DNA from: Schmidtea polychroa
Lineage: Eukaryota
Reading direction: 5' to 3'
DNA length: 64,000 nt
Assembly (NCBI GenBank): GCA_044892525.1
Contig: CM097888.1
Span: forward strand, 93,000,001-93,064,000
Part shown: in pieces, positions 1 through 13,249 of the stretch
Layout of the letters: the number at the start of each line of letters is the position of its first letter
Position numbering within the stretch: position 1 is the stretch's first letter
The notes under the pieces: generated by a model
Seen by the model: the letters and a program-made list of their open reading frames with translations, nothing else
Told to the model about the DNA's origin: nothing
The model's database searches: none
Made by a program: the position numbers and the translations under genes

Positions 1-725
1 ACATTGATGTCCTCATCAACTTCGACTGGGTTCTCAGTGATACTGTTCAGGCCAACCGGGGATAATATTTTCTCGTCGACTTTCAAGTCATTAATGAATA
101 ATCTTGATAATTCAATTTTGTCACTGCTTTCTCGGGCGGTGCGAAAAATTGATGTTTACGAATCAAATGCGACTGGCATTAGTGATCTGGCCGTGGATCA
201 CAGTTGCGCCATATGTGATCCAGAATGTGATCCACCAGCCTGACAAACTGGCAATAGCTGATCATAATTCTCTCTTACTGAAATAACGAATTCTTTTCAA
301 CTTTCCACATTAATACAATGTATCAATACATTGTCAGAACGAGTTTTGATATCATTTCTAAAGGGGGTCAGCACTGGGTAATTAAATTTTGGCAAATCAT
401 TTCGTAAAATTTCAGATCCCTTCTCTAAGAGATAAAGATATTAGGAAATATCAATGAAATCACTAAATGAAACTTGGAAAGTATTTGTTACAGATTGTTT
501 AAGGGGAGCCTGAGTGATCGATTCAGGTTCTCAAGATTCAGAGTAAAGGAAACCAAGTACATCTTTATATTATTTTAAAATGTTAAATCACAAATAAAGT
601 TAGTAATATTTAATTATTAAAAATAGCAGTTATAATCAATAAAATAAACAATGTTACTAAAAACATTTTCTTTCGATTTTCACCCCTGATTTCTTTTCAA
701 TTGACATTGAATATAATAAAAAATT

Positions 726-897
726 AGTTGTAAATATTGACCTTGAAAATTGCTATATTTAGTTAATTTTATTAATCATATTTACTATTTATTTTAGTAA
801 TTGTATTTATTAAAAAATTGACTATGAATCAGTAAAGATATCGATGTTTTTTTATGTTACTAAATATAGTAATTTTCAAGGTCACTATTTACAACTA
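726..897. repeat. Fold-back/MITE-like element with ~38-bp imperfect inverted arms
   Basis: 726-763 (agttgtaaatattgaccttgaaaattgctatatttagt) is a near reverse complement of 859-897. The interior carries a motif also seen at ~18030 and ~46565. Confidence 0.6.
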
Positions 898-1133
898 TAC
901 TTAATTGACTGTAAATTAAGCAGTATGTAATCAGTAGATTTTAGTGGGTTAAGGGTAACTATTACCAGGTTAAATGTTTAATGAAACTTATTATACAAAC
1001 TTATTATACAAGGGAAAGCCAGTGAACTCAATCTAGTCGAGAAGAGAATTTTAATTCGAAAAATACCAGAGTTGATTAATAATTCAATTCAAGAAATCAA
1101 ATTTTGAAGGACGTATTTAGAAGTATTTCAATA

Positions 1134-1244
1134 ATTTTCATTTTGACAAAAGATCAAATATATTTATTAAAAATAACACGATAAAGGCAAAGTATTTTCT
1201 CGAGTTGAGTATAATATAAAAAATTCTTTTGTCAAAATGAAAAT
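1134..1244. repeat. Perfect 20-bp inverted repeat with 71-nt spacer
   Basis: attttcattttgacaaaaga (1134-1153) and tcttttgtcaaaatgaaaat (1225-1244). Confidence 0.7.
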
Positions 1245-1570
1245 AAAAGATTTATTATCCACAAAAACAGATCAAAGGTGACCAAAAAAATAAAGAATTT
1301 TACTGATATTATTTGGTAGAGAAGATTTTTTTTTTAATAATTTTTAATTTGTTAATAATTTTAATAATATTAATTATTTAATAATTTTAATTTTTTTTAT
1401 TAATAAACTTATTGTTTTATTTAAGGACGCCACAGTGAAGTAAGTCACCAGTCAGTCCAACTTATTAAATAAATAAAGGTAATTCATTGTACATTTGATA
1501 TTTTGACAGTCTAGACGTACCTAAATAACTCGAAATTATAGCTTTCCTGTCACTCTAATAAAATGTTATA

Positions 1571-2651
1571 CAGGAATACCTCGAACAGTACGGTTAATCG
1601 GTCCTGGAATTTAGCCGTCTATTTGAAACCGGACTATTCGAGGCATTCTGGCGCTAATAAATTTACGGCTTAGTACCCCTATTAAGAAATTTAAAAATCG
1701 TGATTATAATCTAGTAAACAAAAAATATTTTTCTTATATTCAAGAGCAAAACAAGCCTTTTTCTATAATTCTGGATAAATCTTCTGGATAGAATTTTAAA
1801 GCCGCCTCTTTATCTGCACTTGCAGATTCTCCAACAATACGTACGTTGTGAATACCAGTTCTTTCCTTATACCGAGAAAACCACCCTCGACTGGCCGTAA
1901 AGGTTTCACCGGTTTTGGAACCAAGGTCTTCTACTTCATCTTTAGTCCCCAAGTCTTTGTAAAGACTTAGTGCCTTCGATTGAATTTCCATTTGACTAAT
2001 TGGAATACGTTTTTGGCTAAGGTCTTCTATTCATATAGATAATAGTCGCTCCATGTTAACCATTCGAGGGCTTCTAATTCTGGTTACCACTTTTGACAAA
2101 TATGACGCCGAAGCTATACCTTGCGACTTGTATTGATCTTTATTTTTCACAATTTTCCGAACTGACTCCTCGTTCATTCCCCTTTCTTTTCCTACTTTAG
2201 CAAACGAAGCCCCTTCCTCATGAAGTTTAATAACGCTAAGCTTCTGTTCTAAAGTGAACCATTTGCGTTTTTTGGTTGTGGAGTCACTTTTACACTTTGT
2301 TCTGCCACTCATTTTATTTTTTAAATTAAAATCTAAATATATAAAAGTCAGCATACTCTACGATTAAAATTATAAAACCAACAACTTTGATTTATTATCG
2401 CGCGATCGTGAATGTATCCGTAGTTAATTTTTTTACGGTTTATTTATTCAATTTTTTATTAAAACTACAAACCAGAAATTAAACGTAACAAAACAAATTA
2501 TTAAACACGTGCCGTATGATTTTATAATAACGAATAAATTCTAAAAAATAAATTAAAAAAAAATTTTTTAAATTTCGAAAATTTTATTTAATCATTTTAA
2601 AAACAATCATATTTTGAAAATTTCAAAACCGTACTATGCGAGGTATTCCTG
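1571..2651 (-). mobile_element. Tigger/pogo-family DNA transposon, internally deleted
   Basis: 25-bp TIRs at 1571-1595 and 2627-2651 (22/25 match), TA on both flanks (1569-1570, 2652-2653), enclosing a CENP-B-type transposase N-terminus. Confidence 0.9.
1740..2312 (-). pseudogene. Tigger-like transposase fragment (CENP-B HTH domains, no DDE domain)
   Basis: ATG at 2312, RKWFTLEQKLSVIK...FTASRGWFSRYKER...GESASAD. The two track ORFs share one frame and are split by a single TGA at 2031-2033 where W is expected. Truncated before the catalytic domain. Confidence 0.85.
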
Positions 2652-3094
2652 TACATCGAGTACTGAACGAATTAAGAGTCTCAGTTGCATTAAAAAGTAT
2701 CTTGCTTAACCATTTTAATCCGAGTTTTGAATAGTAAAGTTAATATATATTGTAAATGTAGAGTATGTTACCTGGACCAGACAGGAAATTTTTACGGTAA
2801 AAAAAATGTTGATTCAAAGGCGTTAGATAGATGGGGAGGGTGGTACAAATCATATAGGAATGAATTGGTTTTATATAATATCGCACAAAATAAAATATTT
2901 GACTTTTACGAATGTTTAACCTTCAGAGGCACACACATATGCATATATATATATATATATATTTATACAAATTCTTTGTAGAAAAGGTTAAAGCGATAAG
3001 TGGACCAGATTCTTCAATGAAGTATCTAAACTTCTTACACATTTTTTTCAATAACATCGGAAAAGAATTTTTTTTGACATACCCTTGTTTTATC

Positions 3095-3850
3095 ATACGG
3101 TGCGTTTAATAAGTACCCGGACAAACCATAAAAAATAATATAACTTTAACAATATTCTAATGAAATCATAATATATTATTTATGACTACAAAACATAAGT
3201 TTAACATTCACCTGTATAGCAGCCTGGGAGAGCACATTTTCAATTTATTTGTTGAATCGTGCTACACCATTTCGAGTATCGAAACATGATTAAATTCTTT
3301 GTTTTTAATGGTGATAACAGTCAGCAAATATGGAATAAGTTGAATACAATTTATGGTAATATATGCCCTTTTCGTACCACAATAACCTACGATTGAATCA
3401 GCTAGTTCAAACATGGTCACCAGTCAGTGCTTGTTCATGCTATTTATAATTTCTGACCAAAAAAGTGAGTAATATTTGCACTGTGAAAGAAGAACGCCAA
3501 ATCACCATCAATGATATCTCGTATTAGTTGAATTTGAGTATAAGAGGTGTGGCGTAAGAGAATTGGGATGAGATTCGTCCCACGTTTTCTTTCCTTTGAG
3601 AAGTAGGAAAACATGAGGAAATGGTAACAGGTAAACCTTCTCATTTTTGATGAAGATGATGACCAAATTCTAAGAAATATTTTTACTGTGCATAAAACCA
3701 ATTTATCCCTGTTTGTTCCTGAGACAAAGCGTGAGTCTAGTGAATGAAAATTCCACGGAGAAACGAGTTCAGGGAAGATGAGATTTGGAGCATGTCATCG
3801 AAAATCATCGATGTTGTGAATATTTTGGTATCAAATTAGTATCTATACGG
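3095..3850 (+). mobile_element. Degenerate mariner-like transposase relic
   Basis: Broken frames give QIWNKLNTIYGNICPFRTT, VKEERQITINDIS and ILRNIFTVHKTNLSLFVPETKRESSE, resembling the mariner HTH and the IVTGDETW..Y.PETK.QS region. TIR-like tacggtgcgtttaataagtacccggac at ~3095. Confidence 0.55.
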
Positions 3851-5149
3851 ATTTTGCTGTAAAAGCTCCACAAATTAGTTCCAGTTATCAGTTACTATGA
3901 ACTCCCGTAACAGTTGCCGCTTTCCACTTTACATTTCACTTTTCTCCTGTTGAATTGTTTATAATTGAATTTTTTCGATAGGCTAAAATGTTTTGGTTTT
4001 CAATAGGTTTTCATTGAATATTTCAGAGATATCCTCACATTTCCCTGGAAGTTTAGTTTCCTTTTAATTAGTTACACCTATTTTATTCAAATTTGATTTC
4101 ACCGGCCTTTTCAACCTCCATTGTGATGAGAATAATGAGCTAAAGAAAATATGGTCTACATCAAATCATCCGGATAACTATAACTATAACTATTTTCTAA
4201 GGACATGCGTGATAACGTTACATTATTATAGCGAAAATATTTCCTAAACCAGACAATGATACATTTGTTTTCATTATAAATCTACTGATTATAAAATCTG
4301 AAACTCTAAAGAAATATTTTCCACGGTGTTTTTTTAATAAATTGAAAATATTAATATGTTAATCACTTTTAAATTTTAAAATGAAAAACGCTATAAAAAA
4401 TTTGCATGTATTTTTTATTAAGTGTGTGCTGTGTTTGTATGTAAAATTATTTTTCTACCACTTTATTAATTTCTATATAAAAACTTTTAAATTTTGAAAC
4501 ATTGCATTTTTACACACAAGCAAGTTTGTGTGTTCCTATACTATAACTTTATCGATTTACTTTGGATTATAGAAACTTTTATAATTCGGAATTAGGTGTA
4601 AATGAGATGGATAGGTTATTACGATTCGCAAGCAGTTTTGACTGGTTTAAATATCTGAAATTGCAAAATGTTTTATAAGGAAATAATATTACATAATATA
4701 TGAAAGGTTGCCACCCTTTATTAGTTCTATGTTTCGAGTTACGGACTAGATTAAAACACGAATATGAAGTGATTGACTTTTTCATTTATGAGAAATGTAT
4801 TCAGGCATATCTGGGTTCAAAATGTTAAAAGGCTCTTCACCTCCATGAACCAATATGTATACCTCGATGGACAACACCTCAAAGGTAAGGTCAGTTTGAT
4901 CAATTTCAATAATTTCTAACACCAATCACCATTTGGACCCTATAAAATATTTACATTATTCATTATTAAATATATTTTTTAATATATTCAGTTGATCGAA
5001 AATAAAAGTGGTAATTATTAAATGAAAATAAACCAAAAAAATTCTTAAGGATAACCATAAAATATTGGCAGGGCTTTTATGCATGACTAGGCAATTGTTC
5101 ATTTATTTCACATGGTAACTCGCGCTATTCAAATTATATTATAAATTGA

Positions 5150-5520
5150 TTTTAATGATGAAGGAAGCATGGGGGTAGTCTATATGAGGAATTAAAACTG
5201 CCGGGCATAATCTGGTATTGTCCCTCTTGATGAAAAGAACCCTTATGGAGAGTTCCCAATACTTACGGTATTTACCAGTGGCACAATATCGACTGCTCTA
5301 CGCTCATATTATAATATAATAACAATAAAATATTAATCATACCCAGCTTTATAAGATGATTATAATTATATATTGGTCGGTCCAGACCTGATTAGCAGTA
5401 GTGATAAGCTCATAATAGTTAATCAAAACAAATCTGGAATTCGAGTTGGGATTCCCCCTAATGAAATTAGGTAAACAATAATCCAATCATGCTCAACGAA
5501 CTCGCAGATTCAATTTCTAC
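5150..5520 (-). mobile_element. Possible very degenerate LINE (CR1/L2-like) RT fragment
   Basis: Broken frames give GGIPTRI and CATGKYRKYWELSIRVLFIKRD, which resemble the PDGIP...G.FP..WK.A.V.PI.K region upstream of LINE RT. Confidence 0.3.
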
Positions 5521-6282
5521 TTTATTCGTGTCGCAGGGATGAATTAGACTTAATTTGATTAAATTCCACCGCGGAATCATTTTGGGAATCTCTGGGAGAA
5601 TTTATACTTTTATTTCCCTGATTTACGGCTGTATCAATACAAATAATTGAATATCATTTCTCTATATTTATTTCCCCACCCTAAATCAACACAAACATTC
5701 GGTACTGTCCTTATCCAGCGGTATAAAAAGCAACAACCCAATTTAGCCGTGCCGATAAAATGTGTTGAATACAAAACATTAATAACATAACAATTATGAG
5801 ATTTTCACCCCCCCCCCTTGGTCTCTTTTCATTTTACTGATTTCTTATTATTTTCTCCGGAATAAATATCACGCCTGATTAACGAAATGTGAATGTTAGC
5901 TTCTTGAATGTCATAATATCTCTCCTTCATTCTTATAAGGGATTCCTGTACACCTTGTATTTGCGGTTGCATTATTAGCTTTGACATGATTATCATTTCC
6001 TGGAATGTTAGGCTAATTTCCCAAAGCATTAGAACCTAGGCGAAGCAATGTCCACATTTTTCATTTATATTAAGATTCTAGAAATTATTATTTTTATTCA
6101 TAATTATTACTTTTAAATATTCAAAAGATTTTGCCAAACATTATTAATAAAACAAACCGCCAACTAAAACTTGGAGAATTAACTAATATGTTTTCATATT
6201 CTCATCGATGTCAACACAGAGCAATCGTACAAATACTATTTAATATTACAAATTTAGTAAATATGATTCAATTAATGATAAA

Positions 6283-6550
6283 TATGGCGCCGTAACAAAA
6301 GCGCGCAAAGATAGAAATAACTTTCATTTGCATGGTACTGCTCACAAGGGTACTGCTCACAAGGGTACTGCTCACACTCAACATGTCTTAAATTATTATT
6401 ATTATATATAGTCTGAGTTTATCTGACAAGATATTCTGTCCCCCTATGGGTACTGGTCGTAAAGGTACTGCTAAAAATATTCAAGGCAATATAAGTTTTT
6501 TAATTTGTCCTGCGCGTTTTTGTCCTACGCGCTTTTGTCGGGTTACCGAT
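6283..6550. repeat. Short MITE-like relic containing a 3x15-bp tandem repeat
   Basis: acaaaagcgcg at the left end and its complement (cgcgcttttgt) near 6525-6540. ggtactgctcacaag is repeated about 3 times at 6333-6375. Confidence 0.4.
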
Positions 6551-9399
6551 AAATATTTAGTTAGATTTATCTCACAATTTTGATTTCCATTTTTATCATT
6601 TGAACTTGTGCATTTCGTAAAGCTTTTGTCCAAGCCTTAATATCATTGACCTTGATCAAAGAAGGACCAAACGTATCATAACGACCCATATTTATTCTTT
6701 CAGTTGGAATGCAATTGGAGATTCTTTTGAATTCTGCTTTTATTATATCAGTTTCTGGGTGAATCACAGGTAAAGATAAATATTCCAAATAATTATTAGT
6801 TGATTTATCATATTTAGTTTCAGCTTCGGCAAGATTTCATACAGATTCTTAAACTTTCACTTCATTATAACTCGTAAATTGAAGCGCATCTATAGAGACT
6901 TCATGATCAAGAAAAGCCNNNNNNNNNNNNNNNNNNNNNNNNNNNNNNNNNNNNNNNNNNNNNNNNNNNNNNNNNNNNNNNNNNNNNNNNNNNNNNNNNN
7001 NNNNNNNNNNNNNNNNNNNNNNNNNNNNNNNNNNNNNNNNNNNNNNNNNNNNNNNNNNNNNNNNNNNNNNNNNNNNNNNNNNNNNNNNNNNNNNNNNNNN
7101 NNNNNNNNNNNNNNNNNNNNNNNNNNNNNNNNNNNNNNNNNNNNNNNNNNNNNNNNNNNNNNNNNNNNNNNNNNNNNNNNNNNNNNNNNNNNNNNNNNNN
7201 NNNNNNNNNNNNNNNNNNNNNNNNNNNNNNNNNNNNNNNNNNNNNNNNNNNNNNNNNNNNNNNNNNNNNNNNNNNNNNNNNNNNNNNNNNNNNNNNNNNN
7301 NNNNNNNNNNNNNNNNNNNNNNNNNNNNNNNNNNNNNNNNNNNNNNNNNNNNNNNNNNNNNNNNNNNNNNNNNNNNNNNNNNNNNNNNNNNNNNNNNNNN
7401 NNNNNNNNNNNNNNNNNNNNNNNNNNNNNNNNNNNNNNNNNNNNNNNNNNNNNNNNNNNNNNNNNAATACAAATAAAATATTTATGGTAAATTGGGCTCA
7501 GGAAACGGCTGGAGCGAGGAATTAATAAATGAAATATATAAATATTGTGAATTTCCGAATGATCTGGTTAACAGGAAGACGGGCGAATGGCGAATATGTC
7601 ATTGCGGGATCAGATCGTTGATCCGAATGAGTAATTTATGATGCATGGAAATTACCCAATTATATTATTTGTCAACAACCTTCAGGGATTGTCAGGGCCA
7701 ACCGAAGAATGTGTGGGCTATAAATCACTGGCGATGTCACTGAGTGAGAATGGAATAATGGCGGCTCTCAGTGGCAGAATCATCAGTTTTATCATTTCCT
7801 CAAATCCTGTTCAATTTCAGATGAAATATGGTAATTAGATTTCAACTGTAATCTAATTTTGTTACAAGGTTTCCTTAATCCCACCTGGAAGGGTGCTCTG
7901 GGCAGCAGTTAGTCACGGCCTAATTGTCAATATTCCTAGCTGAACTGTTTCAGATCCTCACATTGATAGATATTACTAGGATCTGGCAAGTATCAAGAAT
8001 CCTGAGATACAATTTTTGGTATCTTCGGCAGTTCCTGATCCGATATTCTATTGTCACTGCGATATTTCATGAATTCAATCCACTTCGTTACAAGTATCAC
8101 TTCCTTGGGGGAAAATTTCCTAAATTACAAGTAGGATAATGATTCAGTGGAGACTCATATTAACATATAAAGATATGTCAAGAGAATATTGCGATATAAA
8201 CTGACTCATTTCAAACTAGCTGCATGTTTCTGAAGTATGGCTAGATAATTCCTAAGGCATATATTCCTAAGCCATATATTTTCAATGGCTTTAAACAAAT
8301 ATTCCGCGACTTCAATTGTAATTCCAGTCTATTCTTTGGAAACTATTGGTCTAGATAAGCCTTTCTTAGACCCAATCATTACATGCTTGATGATGACTTT
8401 ATTCTCCCTTCATCACTGAATTGAAAACTTTGTAGTTTAGTCTCAAAAGTTATCAATCTTCCACTAGGATAAATAATATGAGAGAGAAGTGTGAACCGCT
8501 TTCGAATATAGCAATTGTTTGTGTAAGGCACAAAGTATCAAACTGCAAATGGATGGATCTAGATCTCAGGAAATCCAGTACCAATCAGATACATGTTCTT
8601 GCTTCTTTGTTTCTGAATTCTTTCTATCCATCCATATGGAAACTTACATAATCTGATGGAAACATAATTGGCTTTTGGTTAGTAAAACTGATTTTTCAAT
8701 TCGACTGGTTTTCACTGCTGATATCTCACCTCTGATGTTGATTATTTCTTGGGAGAAATATTTCTTTTTGCTTTGTTTCGGATAAATTTTAGAATTTCTT
8801 TCTTTTGTTTAAATATCCTATCTACCATCCTTGCTAACCCTTACATATCATAATACCTATTGAACATTTTCTGGCAGTATTCTTAAACATACATCTTTTA
8901 GGGGAGCTGATTATACAGTTTTATTACCTTATCAATGGAGCTTCCAGAGTTTCAGAAGGAGTTCGATTGTTTAAATGACAATTACTTAGAAGACTTTAGA
9001 AAGTGATTAAATTTCATTTATTGTAGTCCTCCGCCATTGCATTTTTGAGATGTGTATGTTATTCACTTGAACTTGAATCCATTTGATTCGTTACAATTTG
9101 ATTCTACAGATGCAGATACGAAAGATAAGCAAAGGCATCAAGAATTTATTGCAGGAAGTCTTGTAAAGGTAAATGTCGATGTAAGAAATGAACATGATAA
9201 TAGGAAAATTGCACGTAAATAGTTGAGAAATTAATGTTGAATGCCAAAACCCATTGAAGGCGAGGGGAATATAGTAATGAATTATATCATTAATGAAATG
9301 TCAGAATGAATATATAATAACTCAATTAATAATCTACTCTATGAATGGTGATTACTATTTGGCAGGTAACTGGGCAGTATTGGAGGCTTGCTTAAGTAT

Positions 9400-9510
9400 G
9401 GCTGAGTTCTCGATTACGAGATCACTGATTGGTTTCCTCAAATTGGTTTCTACATTACAACTCTTGCATCGCTGGAGGAAATGCGTGGATCACAAAAATA
9501 AAGACTACAT
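9400..9510 (+). mobile_element. mariner transposase C-terminal relic
   Basis: ITDWFPQIGFYI / LLHRWRKCVDHKNKDYI resembles the mariner terminus FY..GI.KL..RW.KC....GDY. Confidence 0.4.
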
Positions 9511-10750
9511 ACCCTTTTTGTTCTTATGTTACAATATACCGTTCCTATTGGTTTCTTTTAGCATCTGGTACGCGTACTTATTATTGAATGGACGACGTAG
9601 ATAAAAATGTTTATGGCATAAAATTGAATTTACGATTGAAAATATAATTATATGTGGGAATAAACAGCCGAACAGCATGATGGTCTGAGATTCAAGGAAA
9701 ACAGATAGAGATTCTATTTAATAACGGCATAGTAATCAGACAAATCGGTGGATAGTGGGTTATGTCAAATGCTCCAAAGAAAAACATTTAAATAATGCAA
9801 TGATATGTGAAACGTTGGGAGAGGGCGACTGTCAATCATTCCACTAGTAATCGCCAGTTAGGATAAGTTTATCAAATTCCAGTGAAAACAAAAAAATGCC
9901 AGCAAGCAGATAGCAATTCTTTGTGATTGACATGACCAAGATCCCAAGTTCTTCCGAACAGCAACTATAAAAATTGAAAAAGGAACTGAAAATTCTAATA
10001 ATTATTTATTATCAGTTGGGTGCCATAGCCACTCGTCAAGTCCGATTTACTCGCGAATTCACAATCGCCAAAATGATAATAAAGATGGCCTCAGTTTATC
10101 AAGCGGGCATTGTTTACTGAAATCTTAATTTGAAAAACGCTTTAATTCATTGTTTACATTTATCCGAGGTAAACAAGAAGAGATCGATTTGTAGATTGTC
10201 TCATTTATTCAACAATTGGTCGTGCCGAGTAGCACATGAAGGGGGGGGGCAGGTTGTGACAATAATGCGTACAACGAATCTCTTTTCAAGTGTCACTTGT
10301 CTGTCGAACAGAGCAAAGCAGCTTCTTCAAATATTAATCGTCTTCTTTAAATCAGGTTTCAACAATATCTGACATTGTTTTTAGCTAATGAAAATATCTG
10401 AGTAAGATGGGCAAACATATCCAGCAGTCGAATATTCTGATGTGATGTGAGATTTGATATTTATTCTCGCATGCCCTTGAGGGCCGAATGACAGTCCGAA
10501 CGCCCATGCTGGCGGCAGGCCAACTAATGCAAATGTGAATTACCTCGGACGAAATATGCACTGAATTAATTCCTCCATTGCTTGGCTTTTTCATGCGGGG
10601 CCCATTACCTATGCACTTATATAAACAAATGGGCAATATTTATTTTCGTGTTGTTAGCTGCATTCTGCCCTCTGCAAATGGGTTTTCACAGCAGAATTTA
10701 ATATTCATTTTGTGTTTTAATAGATTGTGAATTTTCACATTTATATTGAT

Positions 10751-11827
10751 TTATAATGATTTATAATGATTTATAATGATTTATAATGATTAATAATGAT
10801 TAATAATGATTAATAATGATTAATAATGATTTATAATGATTAATAATGATTAATAATGATTAATAATGATTAATAATGATTAATAATGATTAATAATGAT
10901 TAATAATGATTTATAATGATTTATAATGATTTATAATGATTTATAATGATTTATAATGATTTATAATGATTTATAATGATTTATAATGATTTATAATGAT
11001 TTATAATGATTTATAACGATTTATAATGATTTATAATGGTTTATAATGATTTATAATGATTTATAATGATTAATAATGATTTATAATGATTTATAATGAT
11101 TTATAATGATTAATAATGATTAATAATGATTTATAATGATTTATAATGATTTATAATGATTTATAACGATTTATAATGATTTATAATGGTTTATAATGAT
11201 TTATAATGATTTATAATGATTTATAATGATTTATAATGATTTATAATGATTTATAATGATTTATAATGATTTATAATGATTAATAATGATTTATAATGAT
11301 TTATAATGATTTATAATGATTTATAATGATTTATAATGATTTATAATGATTTATAATGATTTATAATGATTAATAATGATTTATAATGATTTATAATGAT
11401 TAATAATGATTTATAATGATTTATAATGATTAATAATGATTTATAATGATTAATAATGATTTATGATGATTAATAATGATTTATAATGATTAATAATGAT
11501 TTATAATGATTAATAATGATTTATAATGATTAATAATGATTTATAATGATTAATAATGATTTATAATGATTAATAATGATTTATAATGATTTATAATGAT
11601 TTATAATGATTAATAATGATTAATAATGATTTATAATGATTTATAATGATTTATAATGATTAATAATGATTAATAATGATTTATAATGATTTATAATGAT
11701 TAATAATGATTAATAATGATTTATAATGATTTATAATGATTAATAATGATTAATAATGATTTATAATGATTTATAATGATTTATAATGATTAATAATGAT
11801 TTATAATGATTTATAATGATTTATAAT
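10751..11827. repeat. 10-bp tandem satellite (ttataatgat / taataatgat), ~107 copies
   Basis: Visible directly; the repeat stays in register with the 10-base print columns. Confidence 0.98.
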
Positions 11828-12016
11828 AAAAAATAAGATAAACAATTTAAAAATCTATTCCACCGACTATTTCGATTATTAAAACAAATTTTAATTTAAC
11901 TTAATTTATCATGACATCTATTGATTGTCACGACCAATAATGAAATCTTGCAGATAACTCAGTAGTCAACCTGTCCTGGTGGACCTCGAATTTACTGTAC
12001 TGACCTCTTCTTTTAA

Positions 12017-12310
12017 CCCTTTCGTGGACACATGAAATTTAGAAAATGTTCCCAAAGTGACACAAGTAATTATTTGCGTTTTAATGGAGATATTTAAATT
12101 CGGATTTCAGTTTTAGGTTTGTGGTTTATTTAATATTGCATTTTTCTGTAAGGGCACAAAATATGCTCCTAGATATGAAACCAACTGCAATCACCGACGG
12201 GTATGTCCGACGTGTTTATGTACGATATTTTTTATGTGTCGGCATATGCTGACGTGTCCCAATTTAAGCAATTAGTAGTGTCGGTCTATGCCGACGTGTA
12301 CGCGAAAGGG
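12017..12310. mobile_element. piggyBac-family MITE (294 bp)
   Basis: TTAA at 12013-12016 and 12311-12314. TIR ccctttcgtggacac versus ccctttcgcgtacac (reverse complement). Subterminal gtgtcgg...cgacgtgt repeats near the right end. Confidence 0.88.
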
Positions 12311-13249
12311 TTAACCCGTCATCAACTTTTGTGTTAAAATCATTTGACAACTCATTGCTTACATCTTCCTCTACACCTGATTGTGGCATATACCTTTGGG
12401 TTGATTCCTTTTTATCTTCTTTCTTGCTCAACTTTTGTTCTGCATTGATCCCTTCACCTGATTTGAGATCCGCCATGTATCGTAGAACCATCAACGTCTA
12501 TCTTTGTGGTAGATGACTTTTATGACTACTCCCATGTCCCTTTTAGACTTTTTTCTTTAGGTTTTCTTCAGCATGATGATTTAAAAATTGCCATGAATAC
12601 GAACGTACTCCTTTTGCCAATGCTGACGAAGCCAGCATAATTCACCATTCCTCAGGGCACAATATTGTACCAAAACACCATTTCTAGTGGACTTTATTGT
12701 ATCTTGCCGCCATTCTTTTGATAGTTTGGTGATTGCGTTTGACGATTCTATTACCTGAAGGTCGATTAGCACATCTAAAAATTAGCTTTATCCCAAGTCT
12801 ATCATTTTTGCGAGAAAAGATTTATTTTATGAATTACATTACAAAACGGGCCAATTAAGGCATAAGGGGAGAAATTCTCACCTTTCATTACATTGACTTT
12901 ATTTCTCGTACTTAGGCCAATGAGTCTGGAACTCAAATGGCAAACGTTTTCTTTCTTTTCCATTTCCAGCGATGGAGGTCAGCTCTCCGCGAGCCGGTTA
13001 TAGTAAGGTAATATTGTTATAAATAGATAATAGATGCATTGTATACATATTATAGATAAGTCCAGCATATATATCCATGACAGGAGTCTGGGACGAAAGC
13101 TGGACTCCTCGTTATCGTCTATAGGGCCACTTTCTCTTATTATCTATTTGATATTTTGAACAACACACTCAGAGGACTCTAGATCTATCTCTCTCAAAAA
13201 AGAAAAACAACTGGGTCCACAGTTGACGATATTGAGGTAAGTTCTATTC

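Noticed and set aside
4-480. Coding-like minus frame at the window start
   Set aside because: In-frame stops and no recognisable family; truncated by the window edge.
2031-2033. TGA-as-Trp genetic code variant suggested by TGA at W-like positions in relics
   Set aside because: DNAI1, WDR6 and TM2D1 use TGG for every Trp and TM2D1 ends in TGA. TGG-to-TGA decay in dead elements explains the pattern.
2727-2981. YCKCRVCYLDQTG as a third GIY-YIG relic
   Set aside because: Too short and divergent; the downstream R..EH motif is absent.
8200-9060. Coding-like degenerate frames (possible transposase)
   Set aside because: Many stops and no diagnostic motif that I could assign.
13063-13108. Hammerhead-like agtccagc...gacgaaagctggact
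   Set aside because: An 8-bp stem and GAAA are present, but there is no CUGANGA core and no U at the cleavage triplet.
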